Source of the DNA: Octopus bimaculoides | Lineage: Eukaryota | NCBI RefSeq assembly: GCF_001194135.2 | Contig: NC_068990.1 | Span: 84,097,634 to 84,161,633 of the forward strand | DNA length: 64,000 nt | Direction of reading: 5' to 3' | Notes under the pieces: generated by a model | The model's database searches: none | Seen by the model: only the letters and a program-made list of their open reading frames with translations | Told to the model about the DNA's origin: nothing | Shown here: piece after piece, positions 54,623 through 64,000 of the stretch | How positions within the stretch are numbered: the first letter of the stretch is position 1 | How the letters are laid out: each line of letters begins with the position of its first letter | Position numbers and translations under genes: made by a program

Positions 54623-56233
54623 AATAAAAGAAAATTATCTACAGCAGTTAAAAGTACTTACAAATCTAGTACTAAACTCGCCAAGCTAAATTACCTCTCA
54701 GTAATCAGAACACTGATTATTATAAGTAACATTCTAAAAAAAATCTTTTCGTTTCTCTACAGTTAGGTGAATGGAGATACAGGTAAGTGTTGTAATATCA
54801 AGTGATCCAATCTCACACACAAACTAGTCTCGAAAAGCTGAATTTCATGTATGAGATGTTGGCTCTCCTTCACAGGAGATTTTTTTTACTACTTTTTCTC
54901 TGTCTGACTCTATAACTTTCATAATATTTATAAGTACTAAATTAGTACTTTACAATAGTAATTAATACTGGCCCACGCAACTCATTGACTTTTAAATTTG
55001 TTGCAAATTTAGCTAACAAATGTCATGAACAAATTATATTTAGGTCAAAATTAAAACCATTTATTCTTTTATTAATGTATTGTTTGGAGGTGGTGGGGGT
55101 CTTGATAGTAATTTTCTTGCTATAACTGACTCGAATGGAAGATTAACAATAAATCTTGTTTAGCAGCAGCACAGTTTCACTTTTTACTTAAGTAGATCTA
55201 TACCACAATATAACCAACAGAATGAAGAAACATCCTGTCAACAAAATTTAATGATAGCTTTATTGTCCTTACGGTGAAGCATTTTATCTTAAGCTGATCG
55301 ATTGGTTGAGACAGGTGACATCTCGCATTCACATGTCATTGCTGTCTGACATTAAACCATACAACTCTCCCTCATTATAAGAATGGTAGGAACTTTTCCC
55401 TGTTGGTTCTGGGCAATGACTTTGATCAAGACAAGTAACTACTTTTACTAGTTTATAATCCAGAGTTATAAACTATGCCAAAAATTTTACAGCAGATATC
55501 TTAATACACTTCTGTGCATCCAATCAAATTTTATGACCCCTACAGCCTCCTGTAGAGATCTTTAAAATAACTATTTTAATATCTTTTCAAAAGAGACCAA
55601 GAATAACTTGTAGGAAACTTTTTTTTTTTACAAGCAACTCTCAATGTATTAAAATAGAAATATTTAATTAACATTCCAGATAAATTTTCAGTGGGAATTT
55701 CCATAATAAATTCTCCTTCTCATTTATTTTCTTAGTTCCACTATTTAGCAATTAAGGGTATGAATTATTTCAAATAACATACACACAATCACTAAATCTT
55801 TTTTCACTAATTCTACACAACTTTTACTTCATCCAAAGAAATCAACATGAAGCAAAATTACAAAATATATTAGGGTTCCTAAACCGATGTAAATCTGCCA
55901 TGAAGATTGCAATGTGGGAATGAAACTAACTGACTCTAAGACAATAATTTTGGCTATGATCACTCTATCAGACAGATTATTACTGCAAATTCTCATAAAC
56001 TAGGCTTTACTGATCTATCCAATACTTAAACTGAAGTGTAAACAGGGATTGATAGTGTCCTAAAATAGAAGAAATGTTTGTTTCAATCCTTTTTCTTTAG
56101 AAGTTTGTATAAATCGATATAAAAGAAAGACTTACTTATTGTACAGGTGGTTATCCTTCCTCACTTTGGTAAATGCCTTAAAATCATCAGGCATTAACAT
56201 GACTGGCACAGGTATATGGCTCAGTTCATTGAT
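5772..56233 (-). CDS. PIP4K2: Phosphatidylinositol 5-phosphate 4-kinase type-2 (PIP4K2/PI5P4K), multi-exon; 5' coding exon lies outside the window
   Basis: Joined exons 56136-56233, 26157-26253, 19205-19354, 11524-11670, 11072-11110, (gap)-10307, 7355-7643 and 5772-5953 give [21 protein letters not shown]...[24 protein letters not shown]...[19 protein letters not shown]...[10 protein letters not shown]...[31 protein letters not shown]...[12 protein letters not shown]...[10 protein letters not shown]...[31 protein letters not shown]. This is collinear with human PIP4K2A/B. The activation-loop Ala (codon 5880-5882, KKRTAQAAK) is at the position that is Ala in type II and Glu in type I PIP5K. 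Confidence 0.97.
6462..6615 (-). mobile_element. Family-B copy (3' part)
   Basis: (CAT)n ccgctttccatgctggcatgggtgggac...ctggatgcccttcttaacaccaaccac. Confidence 0.75.
7355..7643 (-). CDS. PIP4K2: PIP4K2 exon (289 nt): [18 protein letters not shown]...acidic insert...PTPPDSP...[10 protein letters not shown]
   Basis: Acceptor tttctag|TTT; donor G|gtaata; MDYSL motif; phase 0 to 1. Confidence 0.95.
9050..9270 (+). mobile_element. Family-B copy with (GAT)n tail
   Basis: gtggttggcattaggaagggcatccagc...ccaacccatgccagcatgga...gttaaatgatgatg. Confidence 0.75.
9520..9985 (+). mobile_element. Two tandem degenerate family-A-type SINE copies
   Basis: ctgagttcaaac...actttgcctgccatcttt...gtcgataaaataaagtac (9520-9720) and a similar, more decayed copy (9770-9985) ending ggccttgtgccaaaatttgaaac. 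Confidence 0.65.
10088..10234. other. Assembly gap overlapping a PIP4K2 coding exon
   Basis: N-run begins in-frame after ...IHIGAA; the conserved stretch before FLA (human KLKKDVE) is missing. Confidence 0.95.
10235..10307 (-). CDS. PIP4K2: PIP4K2 exon truncated by assembly gap: [24 protein letters not shown]...
   Basis: Acceptor ttttgcag|GCA; PTLKDNDF motif; the 3' part of the exon and its donor fall in gap 10088-10234. Confidence 0.92.
11072..11110 (-). CDS. PIP4K2: PIP4K2 39-nt exon: [13 protein letters not shown]
   Basis: Acceptor ttccag|GGA; donor AAA|gtaagt; completes the DLKGS motif; absent from the ORF track. Confidence 0.95.
11524..11670 (-). CDS. PIP4K2: PIP4K2 exon (147 nt): [49 protein letters not shown]
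   Basis: Acceptor tttgcag|TAT; donor AAG|gttggt; LLPQ.LGMYR and YDLK motifs. Confidence 0.95.
14024..14262 (+). mobile_element. tRNA-derived SINE, family A, well-preserved copy
   Basis: Head ggcgagctggcagaaacgttagcac (A-box-like); gagttcaaattcc B-box; central actttgcctttcatccttttggggtcgataaattaagtaccag domain shared with many degenerate copies in the window. Confidence 0.8.
16345..16835 (-). mobile_element. Two degenerate family-A-type SINE copies separated by (TAG)n/(CAG)n
   Basis: ggatgaaaggcaaagctgacctcagcaggattcgagcc; tggtacttattttattgatcccc...ggatgaag. Confidence 0.6.
16548..16645. repeat. (CAG)n-(TAG)n-(CAG)n compound microsatellite
   Basis: Direct reading. Confidence 0.95.
16920..17800 (-). 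mobile_element. RTE-clade (BovB-like) LINE reverse transcriptase remnant
   Basis: Minus-strand translation gives [38 protein letters not shown] and [15 protein letters not shown] (decayed FADD), plus a [13 protein letters not shown]-like segment; stops and a (CAT)n tract interrupt it. Confidence 0.75.
19205..19354 (-). CDS. PIP4K2: PIP4K2 exon (150 nt): [50 protein letters not shown]
   Basis: Acceptor ttttcag|AAT; donor TCA|gtaagt; G-loop (GRSGA) and catalytic IKT Lys. Confidence 0.96.
19935..20135. repeat. Degenerate purine-rich array with recurring RGAYAAGCA motif
   Basis: Motif or variant at 19951, 19963, 19983, 20013, 20043, 20072, 20102 and 20124. Confidence 0.75.
21595..21670 (+). mobile_element. 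Family-B fragment
   Basis: gccacataaaaagcacccagtacactttgtgaagtggttggcattaggaagggcatcca. Confidence 0.65.
23255..23330 (+). mobile_element. Possible hAT (Charlie/Tip100-like) terminal sequence
   Basis: caggggtggagaaactttt...gcggatca resembles hAT MITE 5' ends; the matching other end was not found. Confidence 0.35.
24863..25213 (-). mobile_element. Family-B short retroelement ((GAT)n-tailed, RTE-type 3' end)
   Basis: (CAT)n followed by ttaacgtctgctttccatgctagcatgggttggacg...ggatgcccttcctaacgccaaccac; reverse complement of the copy at 25540-25803. Confidence 0.85.
25262..25470 (-). mobile_element. Degenerate family-A-type SINE lying between the inverted family-B pair
   Basis: ttttggcacaaggccagcaag...ggtacttattttgtc...ggaactcagaac...ctgctagctcaccac. 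Confidence 0.6.
25540..25803 (+). mobile_element. Family-B short retroelement, well-preserved copy with (GAT)n tail
   Basis: gtggttggcgttaggaagggcatccagctgtagaaac...ccaacccatgctagcatggaaagcggacgttaaacggtgatgatgatg. Confidence 0.85.
26157..26253 (-). CDS. PIP4K2: PIP4K2 exon (97 nt): (K)[32 protein letters not shown]
   Basis: Acceptor cttctag|G GAG; donor ATG|gtgagt; completes the AA|G Lys codon of the upstream exon. Confidence 0.96.
30890..32060 (+). mobile_element. CR1/L2/Jockey-group LINE ORF2 remnant, split by a SINE
   Basis: [15 protein letters not shown] (31218-31262; decayed ..VL.PTLFLL.INDLL) and [11 protein letters not shown]...DILNSIQRK...LQPLAH (31770-31930). Confidence 0.65.
31455..31655 (-). 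mobile_element. Family-A-type SINE inserted into a CR1/Jockey-like LINE remnant
   Basis: atcgaccccagtac...tttatcaaccctgaaaggatgaaaggcaaagtcgaccatggcagaatttgaactcagaa, preceded by (AAT)n; LINE homology on both sides. Confidence 0.7.
35618..35868 (+). mobile_element. Degenerate tRNA-derived SINE with a 15-nt tandem tail
   Basis: A-box tggccaagtgg (35628-35638); B-box ggttcaactc (35672-35681); tail of about 3.5 copies of agagtcaagagtaga. Confidence 0.55.
37203..37915 (+). mobile_element. Internally deleted Tc1/mariner element (DD37D/maT-like) with TIRs
   Basis: Left cagggtgttcaggctaaaaattt; right aaattttgcctgaacaccttg; internal transposase C-terminal remnants ([14 protein letters not shown]; [18 protein letters not shown]; [13 protein letters not shown]). 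Confidence 0.7.
38100..39900 (+). mobile_element. RTE LINE ORF remnant (RT to C-terminus), heavily decayed
   Basis: [29 protein letters not shown] (ADDL-like) and [21 protein letters not shown]...RRLCRYG segments in shifted frames. Confidence 0.75.
42008..42270 (+). mobile_element. Family-C SINE, 5' end lost in gap, internally shortened
   Basis: gggttcagtctcactgcgtggcaccttgggcaagtg...aaagccttgtgagtggatttggtagatggaaactgaaagaagccc...gctccagcatggccgcagtcaaataactgaaac. Confidence 0.8.
44962..45075 (-). mobile_element. Family-B fragment
   Basis: tccatgctggcatgggttggatggtttgacagga...ggctggatatcc. Confidence 0.6.
46784..48033 (+). mobile_element. Near-full-length mariner (DD34D-type) transposon, transposase pseudogenised
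   Basis: Imperfect TIRs (TA)tggggtaggctgaaaagttcat / atgaacttttcagctgaccctcg(TA); ~1.25 kb; HTH region EDDPRS..., WVPCLL (WVPHEL-like), QDECW, QDND and ...[11 protein letters not shown] motifs with stops and frameshifts. Confidence 0.88.
50190..50560 (+). mobile_element. Small RTE C-terminal remnant
   Basis: [22 protein letters not shown] resembles the AEDL.RLERNE.SMLRWMCNV segment of the other RTE copies. Confidence 0.45.
52940..54300 (+). mobile_element. 5'-truncated RTE LINE: ORF end, pyrimidine-rich 3' region and family-B-type terminal segment
   Basis: VVDSFCYLG...[17 protein letters not shown] and [12 protein letters not shown]; then a C/T-rich stretch (53700-54150); then gccacataaaaaagcacc...gtggttggcattaggaagggcatccagcc. 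Confidence 0.75.
56136..56233 (-). CDS. PIP4K2: PIP4K2 exon (98 nt): [32 protein letters not shown](K)
   Basis: Acceptor ttttcag|ATC; donor AA|gtaagt; phase 0 to 2; matches PIP4K2 N-terminal region. Confidence 0.95.
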
Positions 56234-56427
56234 CTGAAAATAAAAATAGGATATCAATTAACCGTTCCATCAATACTGTTAACACAAGTTACAATAGTGA
56301 AAATAAGGATGTTGTTTTATAATAAGTGGCAGTTTATTTGTTATTTACAAGACGTTTCCTTGATAAATTTGCTTGTTCCAGTCCTAATCACTTGCATTTA
56401 AAATATGTCCTACCATTATGAGATACC

Positions 56428-56467
<40 letters not shown>

Positions 56468-56775
56468 AACCTGACAACTCACTCTATCACATCTCCTCCT
56501 CCTCCTCCAAGAGTTGAAACGTTTAAACCAGAAAAGCATTATTTCAAGGTATGAAGAAATCAACTTTTGTAAAAGTCTCAAGAATGATAACTCAATTTAA
56601 GAAGGTTATCTCTCAATTCTTCTGCAAGATACCAGTTAAAGCATGTAAGACTTCGAAAAAACAACAGGTCAAATACTATTGAAAATGTTAATTACATGGT
56701 ATACTAGAAATTTCCATATTTAAATAAAAACTCTTTTGCTAGTTTCCTGCCAACAAAGGGAATGGTATAATTATA

Positions 56776-56937
56776 GGCGTAGGAGTGGCTGTGTGGTAAG
56801 TAGCTTGCTTACCAACCACATGGTTCCTGGTTCAGTCCCACTGCGTGGCATCTTGTGCAAGTGTCTTCTACTATAGCCTCGGGCCGACCAAAGCCTTGTG
56901 AGTGGATTTGGTAGACGGAAACTGAAAGAAGCCCGTA

Positions 56938-57007
<70 letters not shown>

Positions 57008-57233
57008 GTATGTGTTTGTGTGTCTGTGTTTGTCCCCGCAACATCGCTTGACAACCGATGCTGGTGTGTTTACGTCCCCATAACTTAGCGGCTCGGCAAA
57101 AGAGACAGATAGAATAAGTACTAGGCTTCCAAAGAATAAGTTCTGGGGTCGATTTGCTTGACTAAAGGCGGTGCTCTAGCATGGCCACAGTCAAAAGACT
57201 GAAACAAGTAAAAGAGTAAAAGAGTAAAAAGAG
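56776..57233 (+). mobile_element. tRNA-derived SINE, family C, full-length, with CORE-like segment and internal (TA)n(TG)n
   Basis: A-box tggctgtgtggt; B-box ggttcagtccc; gtggcatcttgtgcaagtgtcttc resembles the CORE domain; internal microsatellite 56938-57025; (aaagagt)n tail. Confidence 0.8.
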
Positions 57234-57590
57234 TATAATAGTATAATACAAAAAAAAAAAAACCATAAAATATTTTGTAATTTTAACAAAGCCATAAGCT
57301 ATTAGGGATTGTCTTACTGAGTGACACACCAATACTTAAAGGATGCACTAGGAAATTTCTAATTATCTTTTCCATGAAACAAAGCCCTGATAGTTTTTAG
57401 TATCATGCAGGAAGGCCTTAGATTTATCAATATGAAGAACTAGGAAATATGTGACATTTATGTACTTGGTGACCATTTAAGCAAAATAAATTATGCAGTT
57501 AACTGAACTACAGTGTGTAACTCCATTTTCTTTCTCTATATGCCAAATCATCATGGAAGCTAAACAATTTGATGAGAGAGAGAGAGAGAA

Positions 57591-57624
<34 letters not shown>

Positions 57625-59169
57625 TGTGCGAACATACACAGAGTGGAAGCTGCTTATTATGACCACTCTCAAATGGGGCATTTTAGACAATGATAATTGG
57701 TTGGTAACGATAGTCATATGATAACATTAGCCATGATTATAATAAGCAGTCTCCACTGTGAGTGTTTTTTATGTATTTAATCAAACCCCTGTGAACATGG
57801 AAAATAGATGTTAAAATGATGATTTTACTTCAGTTTAAAACTACAGAAGGGACACCAACAAAACAAAAAATACACAAACAACAGAGTTGGGGAGCTATGG
57901 TTTCTCTCCTGTATGAATACAACTAAAAAACTATTAGCAACTTAATTCAGTATAGTAATAGTTCAGAATAGTAGATGGCAGAAACAGAAGAGTGTCAGAT
58001 AAATAACTCGTGCTATTAGGTTATGTCCTTTTTCAAATTCTGAGTTCAAACCCACTCAAGTCAACCTTTCAAGTTTCTGAGGTAAATAAAATAAGTGCTA
58101 GTCAAGAACTGATATAAATAAAATATCTGCGAAAATAAAGATCTGAGCTGAATTAAAATAACAAAGATGCCAAAATATTAGAACACACTTCTTCTCATAG
58201 TCTTATCTAACAAATTCTATTTACTGCTTTTTACCAACAAAGACCACCGCTACTTTCTTAAAGTGTAGTTTTCCTTTGCTAATTCGTGGTTAGACCAGTA
58301 TTGTAACTTGTCATCACTATAACTTGTTCTAAGTTTTAGATTATTGTCAAATGTAGTTTGTTTTTGATGTGGTAAGGAGGCTTTTAAAGAAGATTCTACG
58401 GTTATGTTCAGCAAGTTGAGTAACTACAATACAAAACTTTTACTACCTTGCTCATCAAGTGTTTCAGATTAAATAAATTAGACTCTTTAATCAGTTATAT
58501 GAGCTTCTTGAGAATTTCCCACTGTGCAATTCTCTTCTGCAAATGACATGTAGAAAACCACCCACACAACAGTATTTTTATTCATAGCTCTGAATCAAGT
58601 TGCAAATGTTATGATCCTACAGCCAAACGCTTTTGTAAACTCTCCCCTAAATTCTACCATTTTTTCTTTATTTTTATTATTAACCTATAATAAGGAGATA
58701 TATGAATTAAAAAAAAGAAAGAAAAGGCTAATCTTTATAGAGAGACATGATTATTTTCAGAATTATTAACAAATAGGTTAGATAAATACAAGTTAAAATA
58801 TTAAAGTAATTTGAAGCTAAACACCATCTAACTACATGTATATTCATTGCATGTTAGATAAAATAAAAAAGTGAGAATACAACTGAGAAATGACTGGCAT
58901 TTATTCTAAGATAATAGCATACACCACAGATCTGTTACAGTTGGTGTTGAATTAGAAGTGTTGTCTATTAATACTTGCTGGTTAATACATAAGCTAAAGC
59001 TGAATAAGTCTATGGTGTTTGTAAAGCAACTTAGATTGATGTATAAATGCATAAACTAGTATTGTGTATTCTGCTTTAAGCATGACCATCTTTCTAATTA
59101 AGTATCCAGATTTAACTCCTAACATTGAAACCAAAATCCAGTTGCTGCCTATGAGTCAACAAGAGAATC

Positions 59170-59362
59170 TCTGTGCAATTGCTCAACCTGTTAAATATAG
59201 CAACCAAATTTCACTCAAATCACTAACACAGCCATCTTTAGAAAAAAAGGACATGTCTGGTAATATAGTCAGAGATATATCTGAAAGTACAATGGGATGG
59301 TCACATCAAGAGCACTTTTGATCATAAATCTTCATCAGAGCTAACCTGAGAGTAAACAAACT
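59170..59362 (+). repeat. Dispersed repeat family D (unclassified)
   Basis: caacctg.tagaaatagcagccaaat...ggatggtc...tttgatcata...gacctggggctaaacaac-like sequence; similar copies at ~18655-18845(+), 30050-30210(+), 60685-60852(+), 49490-49620(-), 49925-50065(-) and 10515-10680(-). Confidence 0.6.
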
Positions 59363-62300
59363 TACTGTTGTATCTCGCCTTATTCATTATTAGTAGTAAA
59401 CACCATTAGTATTACGAATGTTACAGTTCAACCAGGGCTATCAGTATTGTTGTTATAAAATTATATCAAAAATGTATACAAAATACACATGAAACAGTGA
59501 AGTATAGCTTCAATATCAATTTTATTCATATCTAGTTCGTACAACACGTTCAGTTATTGCAAAATAATTTGACCCAAAACCAAATGAAAACAAAAGGAAT
59601 TGTGTTCTCTACATATGTGATCAATATCTGAATGTATTTTCTACAAGTTAATCCTTCATATGGAATACTTGAAAACGGGTGTATTTTGGATTCAAAAGTG
59701 ATTGCATATTTGCATCTATCATGTCTCTAAGTCTTTACTTATCATCAGTCTTTTAAGGGGCATACTTTTACTCCAAAACTGATAGATCAACTCCATCAAC
59801 ACACAATCAAGATCTTTATATTTAGTTCTATGCAATGTTTTGTTTTTATTTTTCATTAATTCTGTCCCTTGCTTTCAGCATAGAGCTTCACTAGTTTGTC
59901 CTTTTTGCTTTTTAGGGTTAGATGAAGTGGTTGTTCCAAAACCAAACACCTCAGTCAGACACTTCAGACATTGCTGTTAAGACTTTTCAACAATTTGACT
60001 CCCTGTGGTATTGTTAAGCATAAAATGCTTCCACCTCCTCTCGGTTACCCATAAGAATATCTTCACACCTTTTCATCACAGAATACTGCACAAAACATAT
60101 GCAAGTATTGCATACCTGAAGGTTCTGCTACGATAGCTACTAAATATAAACTGGCACCAACTTGACTGGGTTGGGTAGCCCAACTCAGAGTAGGTGAGGT
60201 TACTGTTAAAGCAACTGACAGGTGGTCACATGGATCAGAACAGCAGCACAAGGCTGAAAAGCCTTCCAAGCACTTTCTGAAAATTATTTGTGATGCTTCT
60301 CTCACTCAAAATGCTTTCAAATTTTAGTGTTTTCAGTTGAAGACAATGAACCTGCAATCACTATTATTATAGTTACTAATATCAATACATTTATGTGTAA
60401 ACACATTCCTTTGGCATTTCATTTTTCATGTAAATGATTTCTTTCCAGATATACCATGGTTTCACCAGCATATAAAAACTCAAAAAACAGTGCTGGTCTA
60501 AGTAGTTGATATAAATAAATTTGTTTCAAAAACAAAAGGTTTGTTTTTTTCTCCCCCACTTCTCTGAAAAATATAATTTACTTTGTTCAGTAATAACTGA
60601 TGAGAAACTTGGGCTTTCTACCTTCAAGAATCTCTTAGGTATCTGAGTAAATACTTAGGTAAACAAACAAACAAACAAACAAATCATCATGTAGTTGCTC
60701 AATCTGCAAAGAATAACAGCCAAATTTCACTGTGAGAGACATTAGATACTGTCATCCTAGAAGGACAATGTCCAATAAAAGAATATGATGGTCACAAACA
60801 CCTTTTGAATATAAATTTTCTCAGTCAGGTCTGACCTGGGGCTAAACAACAAAACACTGACAAAAATAGCCACTTAATGTTTAGATGGCTACAAATGTTG
60901 GATGGAAGAAACTATGGTAAGAGTACAGGCTGACATACAATCTTTACACTATGATTCTGCAAGCTCTAAAACACTCATGGGCAACCTGCAGCTTGTGAGG
61001 CTCTCTGATTGGCATGATTAATGGGGAAAAAATCACCTTGAATTTATGCAGCCCACTTCTTGAAAAAGATTGCCTGCTCTAAAATGACAAGATAATGCTG
61101 GTATAACCAATAACTATATTGATGTTATTCACACCATATGCGAAGACACATGAAAGACAAGGAAAAGTGCCTATCTTTTACTGCATTTCAAGAAATCTAT
61201 GGTCAAAAGTGGCTAATTTAACAACTGATACTTCTACATTCTTTAAAATAATTTTATCTTTAATTAAAAAGGTCACAGTGATAACACTCCCAGCGGAGTT
61301 ATTATCCTATTAATAATAAACATTGCCAAAGGAAATGCATCCACTGACTGTCAAAGGACAGGTTGGCAGTGCTTGCTAAAATTCTCAGAGGTCGGCTGGT
61401 ATTTTAGTTGCAGCATATTATCTAAGCAGCCACCTCAGTTCGGTAAACTGGCATGGTAGCTGTATTTAACTATACCAATATGCACACACGCATGTGTGTA
61501 TGTTGGTGCAATAGAGTATTGAAAATAATCGCTGCCTGAAAAACATGGGTGAAACTCAGATTAGTGACAGAGATATCACTAATGTTTGAGAGAGGGGGAG
61601 GCAGAGTAGAGAATAGGTCAGTAGGTATAATTACATACACAATGTGATTATGCAACACAAAAGGCAAGAATTAGGGTCAGATGTTGAACTGGATAATACA
61701 TATGTACATTCTCAGAACAGCATTCTGATTTTGTTTCACTGATATAAGCAACTAAGCCAAGACTACAAATGAAAACAGCTGTTTGTTTGGAAGATGTGTT
61801 ATCATGTAGCAATAAGCATTATCAAAAGTGTGTGGCAACTCAACATTATGTTTCTAGGACATAATTAGTTCCAGTATGTTAAAACAATGTGGTTTGAATT
61901 GCCATCTGGATGCAAAATATTGTAATCAATTTGACCAAAAATACTTAATTTGTAGAGAAAGCCAATATGAAGTAGAAATCAGAAAGAACTTCATTTATAT
62001 CTATCATAAATATGCTTACACTGAGTATATTTGATGAAGAAAACATTATCATTATTATTATTATTATTATTAAATGTAAAACAGAAGCAAAACAAGAATA
62101 GTTTATTTCTTTTATATTTATATATTTATTTTGATTGTTTGACAAAGGATTTCAAAATCTGAAACATCGAAATGCAAAGGAAATAACAAAAAGTATAAAC
62201 AAACCACTGTTTTTGTTTGGTTTTCGTTTTGTTTCTGTTTTCTCTTTAATTTCAAACTTGCATTATAGAGGCTTTGTTAAACATTATTATTCTATTTCAC

Positions 62301-63336
62301 AATGCTTCATATTAAGTAAATAATATCTAAGATGTTACAAGTGAAAGGCTTTAACTGTTTTGACACTGACCAATAAATACACTTTAATATTTCTTATCCA
62401 TATGAAAGTGTTGATCTGTGACCATTTTACATTCAATGATTTTAAAGATTGATAATTTTCAGTTAATAAAACACATGATTTGTTGTAATTCAAGATTTTC
62501 TAAATTCAGCTAAAGTTGTTTGCAAAACAAAGAATTTTGATTTTGGAATAGTTTTCATTCTAAATAAAAGCAGAGTTATTTGTAAGGGATTTAAATATGG
62601 TCATTGTATCTGCCCCAAATGAATATTAACAATGGTGAACACTTAAATCAGCAGATGTAAAGTAAAACAATTGAATGGAAGATAATTCATTCTCTTTGAT
62701 AATGGAATCATTTAATTTGCTCCTTCAGAGATTTTGGTAATATAATTTGGAAGATGGAATGAGACTTTTAGACACAAAGGAGATAAAATGTCATGTTATT
62801 CATTAGATTAAACACAAATCCAATTGAAGCTGATGTTTCTTTGAAATGCTTTCGACAGAACCACCAGAGTTGTACACTGAAAGCTAAAACATACAATTCA
62901 GTTGAAACATGAAGATCTTGTTATCTAGGGACCACAATATTGATTTATTTGTTAGGCATGAATTTACAGATGAAAAATATGTCAATGTCCTCTAAGCTTT
63001 TAAATGCTGGTGCTTATACAGATGAGAGACGAATCTCTTTAATAGGATAGGAAGGATGTCAGTCTATAATAACACTCCCTAATGATCTGATATTTATTCT
63101 TTAGAAGTGGACTTCCCAAATCCACAACAAAATACTGGTGATAGTTTTGAAATCAAAACCTTTCCAAGGGTTGTCCATTCTATTCAGCTATTTCACTCTT
63201 GCACAAATGTAGAGACACTAAAAGAAAGATATTTATGACTTCTATTAGCACTATAAGGGGAAAGAATTGTCTTCAGTTAAATCTGACCAATTCACAGGTT
63301 ACTTCTAACTCAAAAACACACACTACATCCAAAGTA

Positions 63337-64000
63337 CAGGGTGCGTAAGGTATTTGAGGACATACCTTTTTTGGGGTCATTGCTGCATTTTTTGCTAACT
63401 CTGTATAATCTTGTTTCAGAAAATAATAATGGCAAACCTTCAGCTTACTCAAGAAATGAAGAGGCATGCTGTTATTGTGGTTATAAAGGCTGAGCATAGC
63501 GATTTAGAAATATCTCAATTTTTAAAAATTGTCAGAACTTTCATCTACAAAGTTCGTAAGGAGTTAGAAACTGGAGATGGAAATGTATCACCAGTATCAA
63601 AGCATAAAAAGCATTCTAAATGCTATGAAACCATCAGAACACCTGAATTTATCCAGCAAGTTCAACAGACCATTGATTACAAACCCAGAAAGTCCATGAG
63701 ATCAATTGCAAAAGATCTCCATGTGTCAGAAGGAACAGTCAGAAATGTTGTCTACGAAGACATCAAATATAAGTCTTATATGATGAAGAAAGGTCACTTT
63801 GTCAGAAAAAGCAAAAGAAAATCACTATATCAGATCTAAAAGGCTCTTAAACAAACTGAAAAATCCAGCAGTGGTTTTTCTCAAACGAGAAAAACTTTGA
63901 CCAAGATCAAAAAGTTAACAGAAGAAATGACAGATGGTTATGTGCAGACTCTTCTGAAGTTCCAAGTGTTACACATACAAAATTTCCTGCAGTTATCATG
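63337..64000 (+). mobile_element. DD37D/maT-like Tc1-mariner transposon, 5' half (runs off window), frameshifted
   Basis: TA|CAGGGTG terminus; ORF MANLQLTQEMKRHAVIV...RTPEFIQQVQ...RKSMRSIAKDLHVSEGTVRNVV (HTH); then WFFSNEKNFDQDQKVNRRNDRWL...TKFPA, where the first catalytic D has become N. Confidence 0.82.

Noticed and set aside
56234-64000. Search for the first PIP4K2 coding exon (expected KLFRA...LMWG.NH-like), including ORF 60063-60305
   Set aside because: No matching sequence; the ORF has no similarity; the exon is presumably beyond 64000

Overview
AT-rich, microsatellite-dense animal genomic DNA from a gapped assembly. N-gaps lie at 2724-3624, 5160-5465, 7108-7140, 10088-10234, 12592-12960, 36448-36457, 40548-41005, 41696-42007 and 54342-54519. 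The repeat families look like those of Octopus (coleoid cephalopod); that assignment is an inference. The window holds one protein-coding gene, on the minus strand: a type II phosphatidylinositol-5-phosphate 4-kinase (PIP4K2). I reconstructed eight coding exons from 56233 down to the stop at 5772, with GT-AG junctions and consistent phases wherever the junctions are visible. One exon is cut by a gap, and the first coding exon is not in the window. The introns (up to ~29.9 kb) carry several SINE families, RTE and CR1/Jockey-like LINE remnants, a near-full-length dead mariner and two DD37D/maT-like Tc1-mariner remnants. Most interesting observations: (1) a near-perfect ~240-nt hairpin ~1.3 kb past the stop codon, with a polyA signal in each arm; (2) a closely spaced, high-identity inverted SINE pair just downstream of an exon that carries a candidate restorative A-to-I recoding site (AGT Ser to GGT Gly, UAG context); (3) an LRNVF variant of the nucleotide-selectivity motif. 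I see no convincing evidence for a wholly new multi-gene system. The remaining ORF-track entries are TE fragments or microsatellite/gap/random read-throughs.
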